DNA from: Saccostrea cucullata
Taxonomy: Eukaryota
Direction: 5' to 3'
DNA: 64,000 nucleotides
Assembly: GCF_032062105.1 (NCBI RefSeq)
Contig: NW_026928871.1
Span: forward strand, 1-64,000
Position numbers and translations under genes: made by a program. Shown here piece by piece: positions 23,391 through 34,036 of this stretch. The stretch's first letter is position 1. Each line of letters begins with the position of its first letter. The notes under the pieces were generated by a model that ran no database searches, was not told where the DNA came from, and saw only the letters and a program-made list of their open reading frames with translations.

Positions 23391-25147
23391 GGAAAGATGA
23401 AACTCATGTGGAATCATCCTCAGGTAGTGTAGATTCAAATTTGTTCAAATCATGACCCCCGGGGCAAGGGTGGGGCCAAAATGGCCGACCCAAGTTTTAC
23501 ATAGGAATATATAGGAAAAATCTTTAAAAATCCTCTTCTTAAGAACCACTGGGCCAGGAAAGATGAAACTCATGTGAAATCATCCTCAGGTAGTGCAGAT
23601 TCAAGTTTGTTCAAATCATGACCCCCGGGGCAAGGGTGGGGCCAAAATGGCCGACCCAAGTTTTACATAGGAATATATAGGAAATATCTCTAAAAATCCT
23701 TCTCAAGAACCACTGGGCCAGGAAAGATGAAACTCATGTGGAATCATCCTCAGGCAGTGTAGATGCAAGTTTGTTCAAATCATGACCCCCTGGGCTAGGG
23801 TGGGGCCAAAATGGCTGTCCCAAGTTTTACATAGGGATATATAGGGAAACCTTTTAAAATCTTCTTTTCAAGTACTTCAAAGCTATGATTAGTGATATTT
23901 ATATGGAATCATCCTCAGGTAGTGTGGATTCTAGTTTGTTCAAATGATGAAGGCCTGGAAAGGGGGGGGGGGGGGGGGGGGGGGGGTAAATTCAAGCCCG
24001 ATGTGCTCAGGTGAGCGCTGTGGCCCCTGGGCCTCTTGTTTTTAATTCTGTAGCTAATTTAGATATGGAATGTTAATTTAGATATGGAATGAGGTACACA
24101 AGATATTTAGATGTGCTTTGGTATTATCATTAAACAAAGATTGATTGGGGTAAATGCTTTTGGTATTCTTTTCAGTGAAGAAAATTAAAACAAATTTCTT
24201 GGCATCAAGGAACATTTTGTTTACGCAGCCCCACACAGTAAAAAAGATTAAGCAGATTGGGTTAATTATATTTGTACTCGCTGACAATATAAGGCCGCTG
24301 TTCCATTTAAGCCCTTCACCAAAAAGATAATCCGATATTTAAAAAAAACCCGGGTATAACCGTTCCCCGTTCACAAATACAAGACATCTAAAATAAATAT
24401 GTAAAAAATGATCTGATGTTTTGAAAGTAATTTCTAAACGGCTCTTTTAAGGCATTAATCGATGATTGGCAATGGCTGTTTCAACTATTAGTGTCCTATG
24501 AAGAAGGCAAATATTTGATGAATGTCAACATATTAAATTTTGTTCAAACCCTTATGTCTCATACTTTGACCCTAAAATCAGCGACACTTAACGATTTTTC
24601 TCTTTTATAATTATTACTTTATGAAACAATTGCTTATTTTGTGCCGTGTTTATAAATTGGTTAGGGAAGGGGTCCATCTGTGCTAAGACGGTTATTAGAA
24701 GAAAATATGGAAAGTAAAATAAAATCATCAAAAAATCTTAATTTGATTGATTTAAGTTGAATATGACACAAGTTTGCAACTTTTTAAAATGTTTTAAAAT
24801 TTTATGGAATTGCTTAGAATATCTTTGTCGACGTGCTACATACTAATCAATGAAGCTAATATTAAAATAACGACTTGCATGCTGTTTATTACATTTTTAA
24901 GTTATAAATAAAGCTCTCAAAAGAATTACTATTGCTTTTTTTTTTTTCAATAAGGTTTGAAGTTTTGTAGATTGTCAGTCTAGCGTTACACTCAAACAAT
25001 ACATTTATGCATATTGTATATATGAAATCGTTACATGTAGGTTTAAATATCAAGTTACTCAAACTTGATACAAGTTTTTGTATAAGTAACAAATAAGTGG
25101 ATAAAGACACTAGTAGTTCACATACCTTTGAGAGAGTCCTCATCCAT
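15941..25147 (-). CDS. NACHT and WD repeat domain-containing protein (NWD2-like), ~1705 aa; coding exons 25147-25126, 21566-21444, 21346-21258, 21141-21034, 20952-20760, 20633-20514, 20403-15941
   Basis: N-terminal DUF4062-type motifs (EREILIKEVYPDLKRYC..YG.DF.AIDLRWG, LGPN), Walker A GENGAGKTS, Walker B LIILLDSVD, GLSEAELLDIMS, IADYFLGTW, YNLRK...LP, then WD40-like repeats. Splice phases are consistent; the 22-nt first exon is less certain. Confidence 0.9.
22410..24041 (+). mobile_element. HINE/Helentron-like element carrying a 166-bp Cg170-like satellite array (~7.5 units), in NWD intron 1
   Basis: 5' TTTTAGCTCACCTGAGCC..GGCTCAAGTGAGC, (GTC)n, highly similar units with period 166 (22699 to 22865), 3' CTCAGGTGAGC plus GGCCCCTGGGCC and TCTTGTT. 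Confidence 0.92.
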
Positions 25148-25989
25148 TTTCGCTTATAATTTTCCTCTATCCCACTTGAGAAAGCATCTTACACTGCATT
25201 TCAGCAGGTTGTCAAGGACTCTTCTGATCCGACATTGGGCAGATAACTCCCGAGTGGTATTGGTGACAATTCTGTTTGAATCTCCCGATAGAGGAACAAT
25301 AAATACGTTTTAAAAGTCTGCCTAAACGATCAATATGTAGTATTGTGTGAAAAGCTATGTTTAACTTCTTAAGGGCTATAGGGTTTTAATGCCTTTTAAA
25401 GAATGTGCTACCTGAATTATCTGATAATAATATTTAACACCGGTAGATTTCTTAGGAAGCATTTTCTTGTGTTTCCTTAAACTACTGTGCTCAAACAAAT
25501 GAATTAATAAGTATTCTTGTTAAAACATATTTACAGTCGCTGTCTGGTGAATTACATTCATTAACAACTTTAATCTTAAATCCTATTAACATATGAAATA
25601 CTAGTATATGCAACGTGGCTTCAGCAATGATACCCCTCAATAGCAATCCTGCATGCCCCTTCAATCTTTTTCTTCTGGCGAGCCATAATATGTAAGATTG
25701 ATTTTAACACACCCCCACACCCCAATCAAATTATAGAATTTATATAACTTGGCATGATACGTGTATATAGATTCTATACCTTTGCAATGCAATGTACTGA
25801 AGTTGGAATACGGACCATTCTTTTCCGATTTGGCATTTTTTATTATGTATGGCATTTGTTTTTCAATTATTTCCTTATAACCATGCTGGTAATATCATCC
25901 CATCTTAGCCGTGTGTTCTCTGCAGTCTGATTTAGGAGGAATCGAAAGCCCGCATCTACTGGGAAAACCATGTTTCCCGACTGTTAGTA

Positions 25990-26130
25990 TAGTTCTTGCT
26001 AGCTGCAGAACTGTAGCTCTCCGAAAAATATATATTGACAGACTGGAGAGCTACAGTGCCACCCACTGAAAAAAAAAAACTATATTTATTGCGCACAAAA
26101 AAGTGCGCTGTTTCTCGATTTATTTCTCCA
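25990..26130 (+). repeat. Dispersed repeat shared with 55727-56050
   Basis: GAGAGCTACAGTG.CACCCAC.GAA...TATATTTATTGCGCACAAAAAAGTG.GCTGTTT(T)CTCGATTTATT occurs at both loci. Confidence 0.75.
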
Positions 26131-26200
26131 TATTTTTAAAGCGTTCATCCCAAATTAGCTAAGTTCTTGCCAACTTGTTGGCACCCCCCTCTCTTCTGCC

Positions 26201-27858
26201 TATGGAACGCCATAGCTGCCTTATGTGGCTATTTCATATTATGCTGTGGTTATTTTATATGAAGATGGTGCTCTTTTATATTATGCTGTGGTTATTTTAT
26301 ATGAAGATGGTGCTCTTTTATATTATGCTGTGGTTATTTTATATGAAGGTGGTGGTCTATTATATTATGCTGTGCTTATTTTATATTATGCTGTGGTTAT
26401 TTTATATGAAGATGGTGCTCTTTTATATTATGCTGTGCTTATTTTATATGAAGATGGTGCTCTATTATGCTGTGGTTATTTTATACGAAGATGGTGCTCT
26501 TTTATATTATGCTGTGGTTTTTTAATATATTGTGCTGTGGTTATTTCATGTGATGGTGTGTTTTTTTTCAAATACATAGGATTTTTTAAGGATTTTTAAA
26601 TGTAGATTTTGCCCTTACTAGGTGCTGGGCTCGGTTCACTCTTGATTTTAATCAATATCTACACTTTTCCTACCAGTTTCGGACATAATTTCGGGTGAAA
26701 TCTACATTTAATAATCCTTAAATAACGCCCTTCAATCGTCTACCAAATTGACCTTGTCATATAAAATATGTAGTGAACAAAAAATTCTTGATATTTAGCA
26801 CTGCAAGTGATAGCAATGGAAGTGACGATTTTAAATATGTAGAATGTTGAGGCGTCCCGGAATGACAGAGACAACAAATCTCTCTAGATTTCCCGAAAAT
26901 GGCAAATGTCGTACCTATAAACAGTAAAACGACATTTTTGCCATGCACCTAGGAAAACATTAATACACAAAATACACCAACCTGAAAACAAGTGCATAAC
27001 TGATGGAAAAAAGAGGAATTAGCGATAGTCGTAGTGTATTTGAATGATTTTAATTACATCAATTACTAGTACTAGTATTTGTTTTACTTTCAACATTTCG
27101 AGATAATAGCTGATAAACTCAGTATTGAATTTAATCTTCAAAAATATGAGGAATATCTTGACATGATATATGTATTTGAAAAAAACCCACCATCACATGA
27201 AATGACCACAGCACAATATAATAAAGCACCACCTCCATATTAAAAAACCACAGCATAACAGAATAGAGCACCATCTTCGTATAAAATAAGCACAGCATAA
27301 AAGAGCACCATCTTCATATAAAATAAGCACAGCATAATATAATAGAGCACCATCTTCATATAAAATAAGCACAGCATAATATAAATGAGCACCATCTTCA
27401 TATAAAATAACCACAGCATAATATAATAGACCACCACCTTCATATAAAATAACCACAGCATAATATAAAAGAGCACCATCTTCATATAAAATAACCACAG
27501 CATAATATAAAAGAGCACCATCTCCATATAAAATAACCACAGCATAATATAAAAGAGCACCATCTTCATATAAAATAACCACAGCATAATATAATAGACC
27601 ACCACCTTCATATAAAATAACCACAGCATAATATAAAAGAGCACCATCTTCATATAAAATAACCACAGCATAATATAAAAGAGCACCATCTCCATATAAA
27701 ATAACCACAGCATAATATAAAAGAGCACCATCTTCATATAAAATAAGCACAGCATAATATAAAAGAGCACCATCTTCATATAAAATAACCACAGCATAAT
27801 ATAAAATAACCACAGCATAATATAAAATAGCCACATAAGGCAGCTATGGCGTTCCATA
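26201..27858. mobile_element. Foldback-type DNA transposon with inverted arms made of a 42-bp minisatellite
   Basis: TATGGAACGCCATAGCTGCCTTATGTGGCTATTT at 26201 and its reverse complement ending at 27858; arms 26201-26578 and 27169-27858; ~590-bp loop; TA at both ends. Confidence 0.9.
26584..26724. mobile_element. Palindromic element in the foldback loop
   Basis: TTTAAGGATTTTTAAATGTAGATTTTGCCC ... GGGTGAAATCTACATTTAATAATCCTTAAA. Confidence 0.65.
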
Positions 27859-28435
27859 TCCGCCTGTGTATTTCCTTCATTCCTATCTTTCCTCTTCTAA
27901 TGGTAGGATCGATTATTTCTTTAGGAACACTGAGAAGAGGACCTTATTTGGTCAAAAACAATAAATTGGAATTCTGCCATTTTCTCTTCATCTATTTTTC
28001 TGTAAGGCTAACAAGGCCAACAAGATTAGTTGTGTTTAATTATGATTCTGTGATGCTGTCTTCATTTGTTGAAATTTCTGTTTCATGTCTCCGATGATTT
28101 CTGTCTCTCTCTTCTGACGTTTTGCACTTTGAAAGAATTCATAATTATTGTACCAGGAATTGCTCGGAGCACACAACTAGAACATCCCTGCTTGTTCTTA
28201 CTTTACCAGGTTAGCAGGAGACGATAGGTGCATTAAACAGATCTAAAAAGAAATAAAATGAAGAAAGCTTAGTTCCATCCTCTATTTCTGTTCATCTGAG
28301 CTTTCTCTCAGCCAAATATTTGACATGCGATATTTCTCGAATATGTTTTTCTTATGTTTGATTGAACTAGTACCCTCTCTCATATCATTTGTGTCTGGCT
28401 GACTGTAGTATCTTCCACTTTCTGGCGGGCAATGG

Positions 28436-28543
28436 TAGTGTCTTTCTGGCATATTTCCTAGTTATCAATAAAAATACGCATTATGAAAAGTAGTCATAAT
28501 GCATATTTTTATTGATAAATAGGAAACATGCCAGAAAGACAGT
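28436..28543. repeat. ~105-bp near-perfect palindrome
   Basis: TGTCTTTCTGGCATATTTCCTA.TTATCAATAAAAATA.GCATTATGA ... TCATAATGCATATTTTTATTGATAAATAGGAAACATGCCAGAAAGACA. Confidence 0.8.
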
Positions 28544-28549
28544 AGCACC

Positions 28550-29060
28550 CACTTTTAAAGAGTTATTCTAGCTTCCACTTTTTTGAAGAGATTGGTTTCT
28601 TCCTTTTTCGGGAGAATAGCACTAGCTTACATTTTTTGGAAGACAATCACATCTTCCACTTTCTTGAGAGCAGTGCTAGTTTCAAGTTCTGGAGAGTAGT
28701 GCGAAGTTCCACTTCTGGAGAGTAGTGCTAGCTTTCATTATTTGGATTTCTCTATTTGGAGAGCTGTGCATACTAGTTTCCACTTTCTCGATTGCAGACT
28801 GCCAGTGGTAGCTTCTACTTTCTTGAGAGCAGTGCTAGTTTCAAGTTCTGGAGAGTAGTGCGAAGTTCCACTTCTGATGAGTAGTGCTATAGCTTTCATT
28901 ACTTGGATTGCAGTGCTAGATTTCACTATTTGGAGAGCTGTGCTGTAGCTTTCACTTGATTTCTTGAGAGTAGTGCTAGTTTCCACTTTCTGGAGAGCAG
29001 TGCTAGTTTTCACTTTTGAAATTCAGTGATAGCTTCCGCAATCTAGAGAGCAGTGCTATA
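28550..29060. repeat. Degenerate minisatellite with a TTCCACTTTCTGGAGAGCAGTGCTAG core
   Basis: Many diverged copies plus an internal block duplication (about 28657-28745 versus 28817-28907). Confidence 0.75.
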
Positions 29061-30360
29061 GCTAATCATCTACTACTTGATGTTGATAAAGAAGCAAACG
29101 ACTGGGCCATTCATTAAACTTTCTTTGCTATATTTGGTAATTTTCCCCACTTTGTTCGTACGTGATTATTGTAGCAATTGCCCCATCAATTTTGACAGTA
29201 TAACTTGAGAATCTTACAAGTTCTTATTTTATCTTGCTTACTCAACGGAGTCCTGTGAAAATCGACTTTTATTATTACTTTCTTAGCTGTTCTTGATATA
29301 ATTAGAACGCTATATCGTCCATAAATCTTTATTAATATGATGAAATTTACAACCCTGACAAAGTTTGAGTTTTGAGTACTTGTATTTTTCTTTGCAGCAT
29401 TCAATGAGTTATCTTTTTTTCTACCGTGAATACTTTTTTGGGATTTTTCAATTAATTTAATATAGAGAAATTTATACTTTTTGTTTTGTAGTTGAACTCT
29501 CCAACGAAAGGTTAAAATGTACCGGTGTACAAAATTAAATCTTATTTTAGTTGCCACCTTTCTGCGTAATAGATTTTTGAGTTTGGGCAGCTTCTTTTTT
29601 CCAGGTACATGTATCTCATTTTTCTTTACGAGTTAAAAATTTTTGCTGTTCCTTCATTGCTACCACATTTTCACAATGTATATATCAGATTTTACCCCCA
29701 TGCAATCGCATCTTTTTTAACCCTCAGGAAATGCTTTACAATTTCACTGATGTCTCTGTATGATTGTGAACGCGTTATTTTTAGAGTTATACATGTATTT
29801 ACTTTTTACTTGCACTTGGCTACTATATTACTAGTATATGTATGCATATATGTATTTCAAGGAAGTATCATATACACATTATTAACTCAATAATACTGAG
29901 TATATAATTATTTTTCACTCTTAACAGAAACACAAACAGAAATACACAAATTCTATTTTTTTTTATTGAAACCATTTTAAAAGCTAGATTTTCAACTTTC
30001 CATCTGCAATGAATTTGACAATTCATTGAATGAAATCTGGTGTGGAGATTCCCCGTCTTCCCGGTTTGAGGCCACCGACAGGACAAAAGTTCATCAAGAA
30101 ACACCCCTCTCATTCCCCAACCAATTAAAATTAAGTCCTCTGTCATAGTAAGCTCATCATTAATTATGTGAGTAGCCACACAAATATGCAGATCCCTCTC
30201 TTCGCCAAAAATTGATAGCCATGTGCACACTCGTGCATCTCGAAGCTGAATCATCGTCGGCCTTGTAGGGGGGGACCTACAGGGATGCTGGCTGAAGCTA
30301 ATCGGCTCACTAAAACACACAGCGCTACTGTGTGCACCGTATATCTGTAGTAGACAAAAA

Positions 30361-32027
30361 ATGACTGTTAAATTCTATATGACCACCGTGGCTACAAATA
30401 GAGATGTAAGTACAGTATTTCTCTCTTATTTATAAACTGTATCAATCGCTTGCTATCGGGATTTCTGTGTGGGGGTAACTTTTATTCGAAAACGGTAAAC
30501 ACTTTTTCTACTGTTTGGGTTCGATTTGTTTTATGCTTGGTATGCTATCGCTTTGTTTTGATAACTGATATCTTGTTGATTTTCTGTCTAGCAGTATTTG
30601 GAATCCTCTTTTTCCAATAACTTCATCTCTCACAATAGCTCGTCTGTATCGACAATTTAAAAGTGTCTGCATGACACTCCCTCTTTTACATGTAATGATG
30701 CTCGTGGAGAGTTCATTTCACATTCATGCACACACGCGCATATAATTGCCTCTGTTTATGTTAAGAGTCCTTTCATTGAGAGGAGAATTTATAATGTCTG
30801 CAGGGGTATTCCTGAATTAGTTCCTGGTGATAAGTTTCTTCCATCCTAACCGAATACGGAAGTGAGTCATTCTATTAAATCAGTGATATAAGCACTGATG
30901 GGAGATTCCTATAGAATCCACAGACAGACTATCAATAGTTAGACATGCCGAATACTCAGTCATAATAAATGTTTAAAAACGTGTATGTACTATAGTATAT
31001 AGTCAATTGTGTGTTTTATTTTCAGATTTACATCAAACAGAACCGAATAAAGCTGATCCTGGACGGTAAAAAGATTCCTTATGAGGAGATAGACCTCAGT
31101 AAAAACCAGGAGGGCAGGGAAGAAATGAGGGCTCTAGCAGGGATTCCAGACTTATTACCCCCTCAAATATTTAATGACAACACCTACTGCGGGGTAATCA
31201 GTATCCACTGAGGACATACGTGGATTTTTTACAGCTGATTTTAATTCTTGACCATCATCAGTCTATCAAAATTATCAATTTAGGACATATTAAAAACATT
31301 TCTGTATTTGATATTAAATTGTCAAATAAATCAAAACAAATTTGATTCGTTATAACAATTGTTTGCAGTAAATTCAATTTTTTGATATCAAATGTGTTGA
31401 ATTCTTGATATCGAATTCAAAGATTTGTTACATAATGTCGGTTGAAACAAACTCCGATATTTTTTCCTCAACAAATTAAATACGTTGAATTTGTTTTAAC
31501 GAATGAATAAATATTACTCCGAAAGTTGTAAATGTTAAATTCGATTAAAAGAATACAAAGTGCTACATCAATTATATTTAAGAATCTGTTTAAACTGATT
31601 TAATTCGATTGACTAATAATGGAGTTGTTTTGAACGAAGTTAACCTGATATAAAAATTGTTGAATTATGTTTTTACACAGAATTTAATTTGTTAGAATGA
31701 ATTAGGAAATGTTATAAAGATCTTGAATTCGTTTTAACCAATTTGACAATTCTTTATGTATCAAATTTCAAAAAATGGGCTCTGTAAGGAGAGCTATAAA
31801 CGGTAAATTGTTTTACACAATTATTACAAAAACATAGATCTGCACTTTCCACCGAGCTTATATCACTGGTAGAAGACTGCTTTTGATATACAAGTAAATC
31901 ACAATTTTTCAGTTTTTGTTAATTTTCTGTTAATATAATTTTATTTATTTAATATCAACAGGATTTCCAAGCCTTTGACGACGCCAATGAAGATGGAAGA
32001 TTGTTGGAATTTCTTCATTTAAAGTGA
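30361..32027 (+). CDS. SH3BGRL: SH3 domain-binding glutamic acid-rich-like protein (thioredoxin-like fold), 92 aa; exons 30361-30405, 31026-31193, 31962-32027
   Basis: MTVKFYMTTVATNRD|IYIKQNRIKLILDGKKIPYEEIDL...REEMR...LPPQIFNDNTYCG|DFQAFDDANEDGRLLEFL, with phase-0 GT-AG introns. PPQIFN..YCGD..F is the SH3BGR signature. Confidence 0.93.
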
Positions 32028-32258
32028 TGTGATTTGAAGGATGAACGAGGGGTGAATGAAAGAAAGAACTTTATAATAATCAAAAAACACTTGCTTTATT
32101 AGCGAAATATTTGTTTTACTATTAATCAGCATTATACTGCCATATGGATATCAAGCCATTATGGATATTGTTTATGTAAATGTTGTTGTAAAATCTTAAA
32201 TGTAAACAAAATTTGTGTTGGTTTTACTTTCGGTGTTTGTGAAATACCTTAGTTTTAT

Positions 32259-32259
<1 letters not shown>

Positions 32260-32295
<36 letters not shown>
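32260..32295. repeat. (CT)n microsatellite
   Basis: About 18 consecutive CT units. Confidence 0.95.
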
Positions 32296-32301
<6 letters not shown>

Positions 32302-32497
32302 CACTTTCTTTTACCTTCCTGTTAAAGTTAACTTTAACATTTAACCAAAGTATTTTGAGTAGAACATACAGGCCAATAGGAAGCAATTTCAGTTTGGGGG
32401 GGGGGGGGAGGTTACAGCTATTCATTTTCACTTGGAGCGGCACTATTAATTACCAAAGATTCCTTGACGAGCAAAAAAAAAATAATAAAATAAAATA

Positions 32498-32880
32498 ACA
32501 ACATATGTTTGTGAAACACTGATATCCCCGTATGACAGCTTATGGAGTTGAAGTTTCTCAAATGAAAGTCAAACTCCAAGGTCAATAGCTCAAAATTGTT
32601 GGTATCCAGAGGAGTTTAATATCACAAGGAATATATTTCTGAAATATAAAAACCCTAGTTCTAACTGTTGAAAAGTTATGGCCAAGGTTGAAGTTTTTTG
32701 AAAAGTAGGTCAAACTCTAAGGTCAGTGTCACAAGGTCAAAAATATTCATATCCATTGAAAGGTCTTGCCACACTAAACACTCGTGTGAAGTATGAAAGT
32801 ATCAAAAGTTATGAGTGACTTCAAAGTCTGAACATTTTTGGTAAAAGTTGTTCAAAATCCAAGTTTAATACAAGGAGTTA
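32498..32880 (-). mobile_element. Partial HINE-like element of the same family as 1047-1565
   Basis: ATGTTTGTGAAACACTGAT..CCCCGTATG and AAAAGTTATGGCCAAGGTT motifs are shared. Confidence 0.6.
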
Positions 32881-34036
32881 CATGTTGGAAGCTAAAACTT
32901 TCTGTGAATCACCCTACTCCCGCCAGGTTCTGGGACTGATGCACGTATTTCTATTTCTAAGGTGAAGTAGAAGAGGGAATGAAATTACCTAAGATAAGAG
33001 CCAGGGATTTGAAAATTAGCCTCTCATCCCAAACTTGATTTGAAGGGATAAAGATATACATCCTTGCTCTTGGCAGCATAGCGATGTTCAAAACTAGTTT
33101 TCTAATTCCAAGAATGGTACTTCAGCAACATCTATCAAAATGGTTTTAAATGACCTTAAAAAGCGTGAAAAGATGAAACCTCTGTTAAACGAGGAATATA
33201 GCAACCAAAGAGCTTTGGAGAGATGGTTACCTGTTTGATAAAAATTTCATTTGATCATGAATTGGGTTTTAACAACCATTTTAGTGTCGGGGGGTAGGGG
33301 TTGGGGAGGGGTTGCTCCTCACTTTTTCCAAACATTACTTTTTACTATTGAAAAGGTTCATTGAAAGGGCGTGCAGTTGCCCCCTCCACTTAGTTTTTGT
33401 TGGGTAAAGTGGGAATGCATGAATAAATTTGGTTCCAAAGAGTTCATACATGTACATAGTGAAACAACTATGCCCCCTCCCCCCCAACGAAATAGGATTT
33501 TTCTGGTTTTGACAATATTTTACTTTTTTGGGGCTTGTTAAACCTTTTAAATTAACCCCCCCCCCCTTCCGATAAAGTCTACATGTTCTAGACTTCAGAA
33601 TCACCATAATGATCGATAGACAATGAAAGAGTTATCAATTTGCAGTTAAGAAGAATGGGTAACATTTTTTTTTTCAATATGTTCCTCGGAACCTAGTGTA
33701 TATAAAGCCACAGTCTTTGTTTAACTGAGAATTAATGCTGGTGTTCCTGGCCCCAGCACATTTTTTTTTTAGATCCGCCTTTCGAATACTGACAAATTAA
33801 AATAATATTCATTTTCCGATAGAGAGGTTACATGTGATAAAACATTTATAGGCCTATATGAAAATGTAATAATAAACGAACAATCTTTATAAAAAATATT
33901 CCATAGTATTTTTATTTTTTTTTTCATAATAGCCTTCAGTATTCTCTATCACATTGCGGACATTAGTCAGATCCTTTTTGACTGACATAACGCGTCGACT
34001 CAGCACCCGACTTGATCATCTGCATGAACAACAACA

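Noticed and set aside
26175-27857. Four periodic hydrophobic ORFs as real genes
   Set aside because: Explained by a 42-bp stop-free minisatellite in transposon arms; kept only as a structural finding.
28874-28920. CTGATGAG as a hammerhead ribozyme core
   Set aside because: No suitably placed stem II and GAAA; it is a variant minisatellite unit.
28738-29013. STALQ-repeat ORF
   Set aside because: Derived from a degenerate minisatellite; no splice or start context.
29186-30320. ORFs of 94-150 aa upstream of SH3BGRL
   Set aside because: Low-complexity AT-rich translations with no domain signal or exon structure.
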